Positions 17,441 to 27,374 are shown, counted from the first letter of the stretch. The stretch is 64,000 bases of DNA from Thermoanaerobaculia bacterium (GCA_022826745.1 JAJDUI010000014.1:8520-72519), one strand, 5' to 3'. The notes: generated from the sequence alone by a model not told the origin. Translations and numbers: made by a program.

Positions 17441-20170
17441 GTGTTGTCACATCTTCAAACCGAGAACCGAAAAGACCGCATCGGCCTGAGCCGAAGCGCG
17501 GTCCTCGGTCTATGCGCCGCCCTGGCGCTTGTTTTCCTGGCGGTCCCATCGGCCGCTCAACTCACCGGTCGGTTGGCCGGACAGGTCATGGACGCCGACG
17601 GCACAGCGCTTCCCGGCGTCACGGTAACCGTCAACTCGCCCAACCTGATGGGCTCCCGAACCGATTTCGCGGACGCCGAAGGCGGCTTCAGCTTCCCCAG
17701 CCTGCCGCCGGGCGTCTACACCGTCGAAGCCGAGTTGGATGGCTTCATCCCGCAACAACGGACCGAGGTCGAAGTCCGACTGAACCGCGTCACGGAAATC
17801 CACTTCTCGATGCCGGCGGGCGAGTTCGGTGAAGAAGTGATGGTCGTCGCCGAAACTCCCGTAGTCGATCCTGAGCAGGTGTCGACCTCGCAGACGTTCG
17901 GCGCCGAGTACCTGAAGAAGGCCTCGATCGGCTCCGCGAACCGGAGCTACCAGAGTGTGCTGACCGACGTCGGCGGCGTCGCGGGCGGATCGAACCCAAA
18001 TGTGTTCGGCTCGACTCTGGGCGAAAACTCCTTCGTCGTGGACGGCGTGAACACGACGGACCCGGTCACTGCGACCTGGAACATCAACATGAACTTCGAC
18101 ACGGTCCAGGAGATCAACTTCGAGACCAGCGGATTCGAGGCTCGCTACGGAAACGCGACCGGCGGCGTGGTCAACGTCGTCACGAAGTCCGGCGGCAACT
18201 CGTTCTCGGGCAGTCTGGACGTGCGCTACCGCGACACCGACTTCAACACCAGCGGCGAACACTTCGACACGGACGACAACGTCGTCGAGTTCCAGGAGAC
18301 TGCCGCAACGCTGGGCGGCCCGATCCGCCGGGACGAACTCTGGTTCTTCGCCGCGGCCAACCCGGTGAGGTCGAAGAACACCCCCACCGAGTCGCCGGCC
18401 ACCCGCGACTTCGAAGGCATGAACCTCAACGGCAAGCTGACGTGGCAGGTCAACCCGGAGTGGCAGTTCACCGGCCGGTACATCGGCGAAGACGCAACGA
18501 TCACCAACGCCAACGCTTCCCGCTCCGTGGCGCCGGAAGCCACGCGCTACCAGGAGCAGCCGAAGACAATTCTCGGCGTGGACGCGCTCGGACTGCTGAC
18601 CTCGAACCTGCAGTGGCACATCAAGGCCGGCACGGTCCGCGGCGAGCTGAACTCGTTCCCGCAGAGCCGCGACTTCGACACGATCGGTCACGTCGACTCC
18701 TTCGGCGACGGCTCGCGTTCGGTGAACTACACGAACCAGCAGTTCTCGACCCGCGACCGGGACGACCTGACGACGAATCTGGTCTGGTTCACCGATGGCG
18801 CCGCGGGCGACCACCAAGTCGAGGTGGGCGTGGAGTACGCCAGCAACTTCTTCGCCAGCCAGAACAATGCCACCGGCGGCGGCTACTCGTTTGGCGACCG
18901 TTTCGGCGCGCCCTACACGCTCCTCTTCTCGCCCATCGAGTCGCCAGCCGAGAACGACGGCAGGCATTTCACCGCGTACATCCAGGACACGTGGCGCGTA
19001 CTGCCGAACCTGACGCTCAAGCTCGGTCTGCGCCACGATGAAGTCGCCTTCGAGAACGACATCGGCGACGAAGTGGCGGCCCTGTCCAAGCTGCAGCCGC
19101 GATTCGGAATCGCCTGGGATATCGGCGGCGACGCCAGGACAGTCGCTCGCGCAAACTGGGGCCGCTTCATGCACCCGAACGCCCTCACGCTGCCGAGCTT
19201 CGCGAGGGTCAACCAGTTCCCGACCGTCCGCTGGATCTCCTGCTCCACTTTCCGGGCCCAACTCGGCGCGAACTGCCGCGACGCGTACCCCGGTGAACAG
19301 ACAGTCGGCGGCCTGACCTTCTCGAACTGGATCGCCGACCCCGCGGGGTTCGATCCGAACGGCTGGTTCTACAACACGGTGTTCTCGAGTACCGCGAGCA
19401 GGATCTCGGCCGATCTCGAGCCGACCTACGCCGACCAGTGGAGCGTCGGCGTCGAACGGGAACTGACCCGACGCACATCGATCGGCCTGACCTACATCAC
19501 CAAGGAGACCCTGGACATCTTCGAAGACACCTGCAATGGCAACCTGCCGGCGCCGGCCGCCGGGGCGGACTGCGACTTCTACGTCATGGCGAACCTGCCG
19601 GTACTGGTGCGCGACTACAGCGGCTTCGTCCTCGACTTCGAGTCCCGCTTCACGGACTGGTTCCACGTTCTCGCTTCGTACACGAACTCCGAGTCCGAGG
19701 GAAACGTCGGCTACACGCAGAACGCCGGCGTTGACTTCGACATCTATCCGGACCACTTCGAGAACACGTACGGGTATCTCTCGGACCACCGCAGGCACCG
19801 GGTCAAGGTGAACGGCTTCGTCGATCTGCCGCTCGACTTCGGGCTGGCGGTCGAGGGTTTCTGGTCGTCCGCGGGCGTCTACGCGCCGACGGAAGCATCC
19901 GAGACCTACGGCCGTATCTTCACGGAGCGGCGCGGCAGCCGGGAAGCGAACGACCGCTACGGCATGGACGTCCAGCTATCGAAGGGCTTCGTCTTCGGAC
20001 GCGACCTGCGCTTCGAACTGATCGGCGCGGTGTTCAACGTCTTCGACGAAGAGCAGGTCACGACGGTCTGCACACGAGTCGAGGGTTGCGCGGGCGGCCT
20101 GGACCTGGATGCAGCCACGGCATACGTGCAGCCGCGGCGCTTCGAAGCGGGAATCCGTTTCGAGTTCTAG
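17441..20170 (+). CDS. TonB-dependent receptor with N-terminal carboxypeptidase-regulatory-like domain (Oar type)
   Basis: G.V.D..G..LPGVTVTV, VDGVN.TDP, GGVVNVVTKSGGN, AYIQDTWR, C-terminal GIRFEF; SD GGAGG before GTG. Confidence 0.92.
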   Translation: MLSHLQTENRKDRIGLSRSAVLGLCAALALVFLAVPSAAQLTGRLAGQVMDADGTALPGVTVTVNSPNLMGSRTDFADAEGGFSFPSLPPGVYTVEAELDGFIPQQRTEVEVRLNRVTEIHFSMPAGEFGEEVMVVAETPVVDPEQVSTSQTFGAEYLKKASIGSANRSYQSVLTDVGGVAGGSNPNVFGSTLGENSFVVDGVNTTDPVTATWNINMNFDTVQEINFETSGFEARYGNATGGVVNVVTKSGGNSFSGSLDVRYRDTDFNTSGEHFDTDDNVVEFQETAATLGGPIRRDELWFFAAANPVRSKNTPTESPATRDFEGMNLNGKLTWQVNPEWQFTGRYIGEDATITNANASRSVAPEATRYQEQPKTILGVDALGLLTSNLQWHIKAGTVRGELNSFPQSRDFDTIGHVDSFGDGSRSVNYTNQQFSTRDRDDLTTNLVWFTDGAAGDHQVEVGVEYASNFFASQNNATGGGYSFGDRFGAPYTLLFSPIESPAENDGRHFTAYIQDTWRVLPNLTLKLGLRHDEVAFENDIGDEVAALSKLQPRFGIAWDIGGDARTVARANWGRFMHPNALTLPSFARVNQFPTVRWISCSTFRAQLGANCRDAYPGEQTVGGLTFSNWIADPAGFDPNGWFYNTVFSSTASRISADLEPTYADQWSVGVERELTRRTSIGLTYITKETLDIFEDTCNGNLPAPAAGADCDFYVMANLPVLVRDYSGFVLDFESRFTDWFHVLASYTNSESEGNVGYTQNAGVDFDIYPDHFENTYGYLSDHRRHRVKVNGFVDLPLDFGLAVEGFWSSAGVYAPTEASETYGRIFTERRGSREANDRYGMDVQLSKGFVFGRDLRFELIGAVFNVFDEEQVTTVCTRVEGCAGGLDLDAATAYVQPRRFEAGIRFEF

Positions 20171-20180
20171 TAGCCATGTA

Positions 20181-20255
20181 GCCGTTCGCTAGCCCGTCAG
20201 TGGCCAGCGGACGGCCAGGGTCCGGCGTCTCAAAAGGGGCGAGGCGCCGGGCCCT
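20181..20255 (+). terminator. Tandem hairpins between convergent genes (probable terminator or 3' stabiliser)
   Basis: Stems 20181-20215 and 20217-20255 (the latter 15 bp with 2 G-U pairs on the + strand); no U-tract. Confidence 0.55.
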
Positions 20256-20793
20256 ATCCCACCTCCACGGCGGAAGCACGACTCAAGTCGCGCAGGCGGC
20301 CGGCCTGCTCCTCGCTCAGGCCGTGGATCCGCAACAACAACCGGCCGTTGGCGACGTGGTGATCCAGATCCGAAGCCCGGCCTCGGCCGCTCCGGATCCC
20401 TCGGCCAGGCAGCAGCCCACCTTCCCAGAGCACCCGCAGGACGGTCATCAGGATGAGCCCGAGCGCCGTGCCCTCGTACGTCACGACGCCTACCGGCGGA
20501 CCGGCGACGATCGACATGCCGCCGGTCGGCAGCGGGTAGGCCAGTGCAGTGCCGGCCGCCAGGCCGAAGGCGGTGAGGCCGCCGAGGACGGCGCCGGCCA
20601 GGGCGAACAGCAACACCCGGGATTTCGGCTTCGGCAGCGGCAGTTCGCCTTCTTCCAGCGGCGCCGGACTCCGCACTTCGACCTGCGAGGCCGCGACGCC
20701 CGACTCGAGCACCGCTTCGACGACGGCACGCACGTCCTCGACCCGCTCGAACACGGCCTCGACGACGAGAGGGTCCTGGGTGGCCGCGGTCAC
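20254..20793 (-). CDS. DUF3341/ActD-like subunit
   Basis: EVRSP.PL, two TM helices with YPLPTGGM..V...PVGVVTYE; follows the NrfD gene. Confidence 0.75.
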   Translation of the reverse strand: MTAATQDPLVVEAVFERVEDVRAVVEAVLESGVAASQVEVRSPAPLEEGELPLPKPKSRVLLFALAGAVLGGLTAFGLAAGTALAYPLPTGGMSIVAGPPVGVVTYEGTALGLILMTVLRVLWEGGLLPGRGIRSGRGRASDLDHHVANGRLLLRIHGLSEEQAGRLRDLSRASAVEVG

Positions 20794-22187
20794 GCAGCCC
20801 CTCCTCCGGGCACCGGTGACGCCGCCGCGGACGTCGGCGCGGCCTCGGAAGGCTGCCCGCTCTCGCCACCGCTCCCCGCGTGCCGCCAGCCTTCCCGCAT
20901 CTCCCACACGGAAACGATCGGCAGCAACTGGGTGAACGTGAAGTAGAGGCAGGCGAAGACGCCAACCGCCCCGATCATGATCCCCAGTTCCACCCAGCTC
21001 GGCATGTAGTCGCCGATGCTGTAGGCCAGCCGCGGCGTCGACAGGGCCGGCACGACGATCAGGAACCGTTCGAGCCACATGCCGACGAGTACGCCGCAGC
21101 CGACCAGCGCGGTCGGCAGCGGCCGCCGGCCGCGCGGGAAAGAGAGGACGGCGACCGGAATCACCAGGTTGACCACGACCATCGTCCAGAACGGGACCGC
21201 GAAGTCGCCGTGCAGCAGGACGTGGTGCACGTTCTTCTCGAACAGGTCGCCGCTGTACCAGACGGTCAGGTGCTCGGCGAACGTGAAGTAGCCCCAGACC
21301 AGGGACATCGTCACGAACAGGAGCCCCAAGTTGTTGAACACCCGGTCGGTCAGGAAGCGTTCGAGAGCGAGGCCGCGGCGTAGCAGCGCCATCGCGATCA
21401 TCAGCACCGCGATCCCGGAGAAGATCGCCCCGACGACGAAGTAGGGCCCGAAGATCGTGCTCTTCCAGCCCGGCGTCTGGGTCATCGCGAAGTCCCAGGA
21501 CACGATCGTGTGAACCGAGACGGCGACCGGGATGATCACGACGGCAAGAATGCGGATCCCCCACTCCAGGCTGTGCCATTGCTGCGCCGTGCCGCGCCAG
21601 CCGAGCGCCAGGACCGCGTAGAAGCGCTTCTTCAGGCCGGCCGCCGCCCGGTCCCGCATGACCGCCGCGTCCGGGATCAGCGGCAGGAACAGGTAGAGGG
21701 CGCTGCCGATGATGTAGGTCGTGATCGCGGCGATGTCCCAGACCAGCGGCGACCGGAAGTTGGGCCACAGCATCCGGCTGTTCGGGTACGGGATCATGTA
21801 GTAGAAGATCGCGACCCGGCCGAGGTGAATCAGCGGGAACAGGCCGCCGATCGCGAGCGCGAACAGGGTGATCGCCTCGGCCGAACGGGTCACCGGCCGC
21901 CGCCACTCCGCCTTCGTCACCCGCAGGATCGCCGAGATCAGCGTGCCGGCGTGGCTGATGCCGATCCAGAAGACGAAGTTGATGATGTAGAAGCCCCAGA
22001 ACACCGGCCGGTTGATGCCGGTGACGCCGATGCCGTTTGCGATCTGGTAGCCCCAGCAGTAGATGAAGACCAGCGCCAGCGCGCCGCTCGCGAGGGAACC
22101 GACGAGCAGACCCGGACGCCGGCGGTCGAGGCGGCCGAGCAGTTGGCCGTCGAGCGCGGCGGCCGAGGGCTGGGACTCCGCCGTCAC
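20790..22187 (-). CDS. nrfD: NrfD/ActC polysulfide-reductase-type membrane quinol-binding subunit
   Basis: WGFYIINFVFWIGISHAGTLISAILR, WRRPVTRSAE, WPNFRSPLVWD, SVHTIVSWDF. Confidence 0.93.
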   Translation of the reverse strand: MTAESQPSAAALDGQLLGRLDRRRPGLLVGSLASGALALVFIYCWGYQIANGIGVTGINRPVFWGFYIINFVFWIGISHAGTLISAILRVTKAEWRRPVTRSAEAITLFALAIGGLFPLIHLGRVAIFYYMIPYPNSRMLWPNFRSPLVWDIAAITTYIIGSALYLFLPLIPDAAVMRDRAAAGLKKRFYAVLALGWRGTAQQWHSLEWGIRILAVVIIPVAVSVHTIVSWDFAMTQTPGWKSTIFGPYFVVGAIFSGIAVLMIAMALLRRGLALERFLTDRVFNNLGLLFVTMSLVWGYFTFAEHLTVWYSGDLFEKNVHHVLLHGDFAVPFWTMVVVNLVIPVAVLSFPRGRRPLPTALVGCGVLVGMWLERFLIVVPALSTPRLAYSIGDYMPSWVELGIMIGAVGVFACLYFTFTQLLPIVSVWEMREGWRHAGSGGESGQPSEAAPTSAAASPVPGGGAA

Positions 22188-22885
22188 TCGGCTGGCTCCC
22201 TCCACTCGGAACCGCTCAGGTAGACGACGCCCGGCCGGGTATCCAGATCGCCCAGCAGGCTGAACGCCCGCGGCGACTCGGCCCACTTCGACACTCCGCT
22301 GTCCGGATCCTCGAGATCGCCGAACGTGATCGCCTTCGTCGGACACGACTGCTGGCAGGCGGTCCGGATGTCGCCGTCCGCGACCTCCCGGTCCTCCTGG
22401 GCGGCCTCGTCCTTGCCGGCCTGAATACGCTGGACGCAGAACGTGCACTTCTCCATCACCCCGCCCGGCCGAACGCTGACGTCCGGGTTCAACTGGGAGT
22501 CGAGCGGCGCCGGGAACTCGGCGTCGAACCAGTTGAAGACGCGCACCGTGTACGGGCAGTTGTTGGCACAGAACCGCGTGCCGATGCAGCGGCTGTACAC
22601 CATCGCGTTCAGCCCTTCCGGGTTGCGGTACGTCGCGTAGACCGGGCAGACCGGCTCGCAGGGCGCGGCGCCGCACTGCTGGCAGAGCACCGGCATGAAG
22701 CGCGTGCGGACGTTCGGGAACTCGCCCTCGTAGTAGCGCTCGATCCGCAGCCAGTGCATCGCCCGGCCCTCGCGGGCCTGTTCCTCGCCAACCGTCTGGA
22801 TGTTGTTCTCGGCCGCGCAGGCGACGACGCAGGCCTCGCAGCCCGTGCAGCGGTCGAGATCGATGGCCATGCCCCAGCGCGTCAT
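22184..22885 (-). CDS. 4Fe-4S dicluster protein (ActB2/QrcC/NrfC-like)
   Basis: CTGCEACVVAC, CQQC...PCEPVCP, RCIGTRFCANNCPY, MEKCTFC, CQQSCP. Confidence 0.95.
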   Translation of the reverse strand: MTRWGMAIDLDRCTGCEACVVACAAENNIQTVGEEQAREGRAMHWLRIERYYEGEFPNVRTRFMPVLCQQCGAAPCEPVCPVYATYRNPEGLNAMVYSRCIGTRFCANNCPYTVRVFNWFDAEFPAPLDSQLNPDVSVRPGGVMEKCTFCVQRIQAGKDEAAQEDREVADGDIRTACQQSCPTKAITFGDLEDPDSGVSKWAESPRAFSLLGDLDTRPGVVYLSGSEWREPAE

Positions 22886-25173
22886 GCCTTTCCTCCATCG
22901 TGCGGCGCCCAGCCGACCGGAATCTCCTCGGCCTGCCGCAGGCCGCGGCCGTAGATCACCGGCCGTTCGCTGCGGCGCGGCCGGCGCAGCCGCTCGACCC
23001 GCACCCGAACACCGCTCTGCGCGAACGCTCCGACACCAGCGACCCGGCGGTTCGCGTCCAGCAATACGTTCACATTGACACCGCGGCCGCGCGCGTAGCG
23101 GCCGTAGTCCGCGTAGCCGCCGCCGACCGGCACCCCCACACAGCCCGGCCGCACCGTGGGAAGGACGATGACCGGCAGGTCGATCTCGACCGCGGTTCCG
23201 GTCAGCCGCACGATGTCGCCGGTGTGGATGCCGAGACGGTCCGCGTCCTCGGTGGCGACTTCGGCCCAGGACCCCCACATGACGGTCGACAGCGGGTCTG
23301 GCAACTCCTGCAGCCACGGCCGGTTCGCGCCCCGGCCGTCGCCGCTTTTCACCGACTCGAACGGAATCAGCGTGAAGGACTCCACGCCCGCGGGAGCTGC
23401 GGGCGCAGGCATGGAAGCCGGATCGGGAAGCCCGGCAGGCGCGCCGTCCCCGTCGACCTGAGCCGACCGAACGGGCGCGCGCCGCATTCCCGCCGTTCCG
23501 ACCAGGCCGCCGGCGTCCGTCGTCCGCCGCACGAACTGACGCGCGTTCAGGGCACCCGCGATCAGGGATTCGGGCAGCGCGCCGGCATCCTCGGCATCGG
23601 CTCTCGTCGCGGTGAAGACATCGCTGAGCGAGGCCTCGACCGCCTCCTGGAAGCCCGGCCAGGGCAACGCACTGCCGGCGGCCGCGGCAAGCGCCAGGGC
23701 CACGTCGCCCGGATGCCGCGCCTCACCCCGCGGGGCCACAGTCGGCGATGCGATGAGCAGCGCCGGCATTCCGCGCACCGGGTCCGGCTCCACCGCCTGG
23801 AAGCGTTCCAAGTCGGTCTGGATCGGGAGCACGACATCGGCCCGCAGCGCCGTGTCGTCGAAGAAGGCGGAGAGAGCGATCACCGTGCCGGCGCCCTCGA
23901 AGGCAGCCTCGAACCCCGGCATCCCGTGGAGCGGATCGGCCTCCGACACGACGAGCACGCTCGACTCGCCAGCGCCGTCCAGCCGGTCCGCCAGCGCCGC
24001 CGGTGACACGGCCGCGTCGGCATCGCCGGCCAGCCGGTCTTCGAAGCCGAAGTCGACCCCGGCGAAGACCCCGCCCTCACGGCCCACCGCGCCGAGCAAC
24101 AGGTTGAGCGCGAGCGCGGCGGCGCCCGCGGCGACACCGTTTTCGCCGTCGAGCGCCGAGCCGCCGACCATCACCAGGGGCCGGCGGCTGCGCGCGAGCT
24201 CGGCGGCGAGGCGTTCGATCCGGCTCGCGTCGATACCGCAGCGTTCGGCCGTCGCCGTCAGGTCGGGCGGCGCTTCGGGAAACAGCATCTCGTAGGCCGC
24301 CCGCTCCTCCTCCCCGACCGTTCCCGAGCCGAGCAGGAGACCGGCGAGGCCGCGCGCGAAGAAACCCTCGCTGCCCGGGCGCACCGGCAGCCAGTCGTCC
24401 GCGTTCGCCGCGGTCAGCGAGTGGCGCGCCTCGACCTGCACCAGCTTGCCGCGCCGGTCGGCGGTCAGCTCGGCCCAGGCGCCTGCGAAGTGGGCGGCGC
24501 TCCGCCAACCGTCGAGGAAGGGCGCGCCGATGCTGAGCACGTAGTCGGCTCGGGCCATGTCATACGCCGGCCGGCAAGCCTCTCCGAAGGTCAGGCGAGC
24601 CGCCTCACGCTCCACAACCAGGTCGGCTGATTGCCAGTGCACCGGCGGCGGCGCGCCGACCACGGCCGCCAACCGTCGCCACAGGCCAAGCAGCGGCCCC
24701 GATGGCGCGCCGGACACAACGGTCGTCGCCTCCGGAGCGGCCATGATCGCCGTCGCCGCGGACTCGAGCGCTTCCTCCCACGACACCGGCTCCAGTTCGC
24801 CCGAAGCGCCGCGCCGCATCGGCTCCGTCACCCGGTCCGGGTGATACAGCTCCTGGAGGGCCGAGTGCCCAAGGGCGCAAACGCCGCCCGCGTTGACGAA
24901 GCCTGACGGCAACCCCTCGATCTTCTTCGCCAGCCGGTCGACGGTCCGCACCTCGATCTCGCAACCGGCGCCGCACTGCCCGCAGATCGACCGCCGCCAC
25001 ACGGACGCGCCCGGCAGGGCGGTGCTCCGCCGCGCCGGCGACTCGATCCACTCCTCGTCCCGGCGGCGGCAGCCCTGCAGCACCGCCACGCCGGCGGCCG
25101 CGTAGACCTTGAAGAAGTCCCGCCGCCCGATCGTGACCCGCGGCTCGCCGCGCTTACTCTCGTTGCCGCTCAT
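22882..25173 (-). CDS. Molybdopterin-oxidoreductase-family subunit (ActB1/QrcB-like), Tat lipoprotein
   Basis: GRRDFFK...LQGC; CGQCGAGC...C; LYHPDR; TAANADDW; NRPWLQELPDPL. Confidence 0.9.
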   Translation of the reverse strand: MSGNESKRGEPRVTIGRRDFFKVYAAAGVAVLQGCRRRDEEWIESPARRSTALPGASVWRRSICGQCGAGCEIEVRTVDRLAKKIEGLPSGFVNAGGVCALGHSALQELYHPDRVTEPMRRGASGELEPVSWEEALESAATAIMAAPEATTVVSGAPSGPLLGLWRRLAAVVGAPPPVHWQSADLVVEREAARLTFGEACRPAYDMARADYVLSIGAPFLDGWRSAAHFAGAWAELTADRRGKLVQVEARHSLTAANADDWLPVRPGSEGFFARGLAGLLLGSGTVGEEERAAYEMLFPEAPPDLTATAERCGIDASRIERLAAELARSRRPLVMVGGSALDGENGVAAGAAALALNLLLGAVGREGGVFAGVDFGFEDRLAGDADAAVSPAALADRLDGAGESSVLVVSEADPLHGMPGFEAAFEGAGTVIALSAFFDDTALRADVVLPIQTDLERFQAVEPDPVRGMPALLIASPTVAPRGEARHPGDVALALAAAAGSALPWPGFQEAVEASLSDVFTATRADAEDAGALPESLIAGALNARQFVRRTTDAGGLVGTAGMRRAPVRSAQVDGDGAPAGLPDPASMPAPAAPAGVESFTLIPFESVKSGDGRGANRPWLQELPDPLSTVMWGSWAEVATEDADRLGIHTGDIVRLTGTAVEIDLPVIVLPTVRPGCVGVPVGGGYADYGRYARGRGVNVNVLLDANRRVAGVGAFAQSGVRVRVERLRRPRRSERPVIYGRGLRQAEEIPVGWAPHDGGKA

Positions 25174-25180
25174 CCCGTCC

Positions 25181-25711
25181 TCACCGGTGGCAGGCCAGGC
25201 AGTCGTCGCTGGCTTCGTTCTCGCGGTGACACTCGACGCACCAACCCATGTCGGCGACGTTGCGCACCGGCTCGGCCACCGTCATCGAAGCCACGTCGCC
25301 ATGACAGGTCAGGCACTCGATACCGGCGCGCGCATGGGCCCGATGGTTGAAGTGGACCATCGCCGAGTCCGGGATCACGTTCACCTTCGCCCACAGGATC
25401 GGCTCCCGATTCTCATTCGCGAGCATCACCTTCTGGACTTCGGGATGGTCGGGAATCTCCCTCCGATGACAACCGGCACAGGCCTGCACCGACGGCATCC
25501 CCGCGTGCACTCCCTCCTCCGCACCCCGATGGCAACGAACGCACTCCAGCCCGGCCTCGATATGAACCTGGTGGTCGTAACCAATCGGCTGTTCAGGAGT
25601 AGGCAGATTCTGCCTCGGCCCACAGCCCAAGACCACGATCGCGAAGACCCCAGCCAAACCGACAGCCAACCGCCGACCCCCAACCCCAGCAGCCCAGCGG
25701 CCATCGACCAC
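25181..25711 (-). CDS. Pentaheme cytochrome c (ActA-like) lipoprotein; start approximate
   Basis: Five CxxCH motifs (CVRCH, CAGCH, CLTCH, CVECH, CLACH), QPI.YDH..H, VHFNH..H, MGWC; lipobox VVLGC. Confidence 0.9.
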   Translation of the reverse strand: MVDGRWAAGVGGRRLAVGLAGVFAIVVLGCGPRQNLPTPEQPIGYDHQVHIEAGLECVRCHRGAEEGVHAGMPSVQACAGCHRREIPDHPEVQKVMLANENREPILWAKVNVIPDSAMVHFNHRAHARAGIECLTCHGDVASMTVAEPVRNVADMGWCVECHRENEASDDCLACHR

Positions 25712-25900
25712 CGACGCCGTCCAGCCCGGGCTGGCGCCGGATGGCCGTCCCAGCGGGCTGGAGGCAAGCGACTGCCCATCCGTTCCCGCAACCACGGCCA
25801 ACACGCAGCGCAGCCGACCGAAGCGAGCGCGGCCGCCCCCCTCACCCAGAGAGCGCGAGCGTCCGCAGGGACGGCCATCCGGCGTCAGCCCGGGCGGGTA
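25711..25900. repeat. Structured interspersed element, copy B
   Basis: 28-bp arms 25724-25751 / 25868-25895 (one G-T pair); core 25807-25830; 12-bp direct repeat ACCGACGCCGTC at 25710-25721 and 25906-25917. Confidence 0.85.
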
Positions 25901-25932
25901 CAGGAACCGACGCCGTCTCACTCCGCGCGGCC

Positions 25933-26544
25933 TCAGACCTCGCGGATCCGCTGATACGAAGGGACTTCCTGCAGCCGCGTCCAGTAGCGCCGCACGTTGT
26001 CGCCGAAGTCGTCGATGCCGAGCGACTCCGCCAGCTTCAGGCCGTAGCCGACGCAGATGTCGGCGATCGTGAGGCGGTCGCAGCACAGAAAGTCGCGGCC
26101 GTCCGAGGTCGCCGACTCGACGAGCCGCAACCGGCCCAGGAACCACCGGCGGTAGTCCTCCGCGACCTGCGGCACCCTCCGCTCCTCGGGCTCCAGCCGC
26201 GTGTAGCGGAGGAACAGCGTCTGCGGGAACGTCAGCGTCGCGTCGCTGTAGAACAGCCAGTTCAGGTACGCGCCGTAATCCGGGTCATCCACGTCGACGG
26301 CGAGCGGGGTCGGACCGTAACGGTCGACCAGGTACTTCGCGATTCCCGAGGACTCCGTCATGTGGACGTGGCCGTCGATCATGTAGGGAACCGTGCCGAG
26401 GAGGTTGGTGCCAAGGTAGTCCTTCTTGAACACGCGCGGCGGGAAGGGCAGGACGTGCAGGTCGTAGTCGATGCCCATCTCCTCCAGCGTCCAGACGGCA
26501 CGCAGCGACCGGGCGCCCTGGCAGTGGTAGAGCTGAATCGTCAC
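25933..26544 (-). CDS. Glutathione S-transferase family protein
   Basis: LYH..GARS.R..W.LEE, N.LGTVP, ESSGI..YL, TIADI. Confidence 0.92.
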   Translation of the reverse strand: MTIQLYHCQGARSLRAVWTLEEMGIDYDLHVLPFPPRVFKKDYLGTNLLGTVPYMIDGHVHMTESSGIAKYLVDRYGPTPLAVDVDDPDYGAYLNWLFYSDATLTFPQTLFLRYTRLEPEERRVPQVAEDYRRWFLGRLRLVESATSDGRDFLCCDRLTIADICVGYGLKLAESLGIDDFGDNVRRYWTRLQEVPSYQRIREV

Positions 26545-27350
26545 GAGGACTCACCGCCGGATCCGACGGCCACGGCCCAACTCGGCTTGCGCTTCTCGCG
26601 GAATGCCGCCATGCCCTCGGCCGCCTCCTCGCCCTGGAACATGCGACGGCTCCAGCCCTGGGTCAGCTCGAACCCCTCGGCCAGCGAGATGTCCGGCACC
26701 GCCCGCACCAGCTTCTTGCACTCGACGACCGCCGTCGGGCCGCCCAGGTTGATCGCGTCGATCTCCTCCTGGACCACCGACCACAGGTCGTCGCGCGGCA
26801 CCGCCTTGTGGGCCAGGCCGTACTCGACCGCCTGCCGGCCGTCGAAGCGGTCGCCGGTCAGGAACAGCCTCATGCCGTGGTGCGGTCCCAGCTTGCGCAG
26901 ACAGACGACGGCGATGATCGCCGGGATGACGCCGATCCGCACTTCACTGAAGCTGAACATCGCCTCCTCGGCGGTGATGACCAGGTCCGAGGCCGCGACC
27001 ATGCCCAGGCCGCCGGCGAAGGCATGGCCGTTCACCGCGGCGATCACGGGCTTCTCACCCTCCCAGATCGCGGTCAGCAGGTCCGGATAGGGCACGACCC
27101 GGTCCGACTCGCCCTCGCCGGGCTGGCGCTTGAGGTCGGCCCCCGAGCAGAAGCCCTTGCCGGCGCCCGTGATCACGATCGAACGAACGGCGTCGTCGGC
27201 CTGGGCCGCCGCCAGGTGGTCGTAGACCTCGGTGATCAAGCCTGGCGACAGCGCGTTGCGCCGCTCGGGACGGTTGAGCGTGATGAGGGCCGCGCCATTG
27301 CGGACCTCGTAGAGCGTGAATTCGGTCCCCGGCTGGTTCGACATTCCCAT
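26541..27350 (-). CDS. Enoyl-CoA hydratase/isomerase
   Basis: ITLNRPERRNAL, FCSGADLK, KPVIAAVNG.A.AGG, SEVRIGVIP, AFREKRKP. Confidence 0.93.
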   Translation of the reverse strand: MGMSNQPGTEFTLYEVRNGAALITLNRPERRNALSPGLITEVYDHLAAAQADDAVRSIVITGAGKGFCSGADLKRQPGEGESDRVVPYPDLLTAIWEGEKPVIAAVNGHAFAGGLGMVAASDLVITAEEAMFSFSEVRIGVIPAIIAVVCLRKLGPHHGMRLFLTGDRFDGRQAVEYGLAHKAVPRDDLWSVVQEEIDAINLGGPTAVVECKKLVRAVPDISLAEGFELTQGWSRRMFQGEEAAEGMAAFREKRKPSWAVAVGSGGESS

Positions 27351-27374
27351 CCTCCTCCGGCAACCCTCGGGCTG

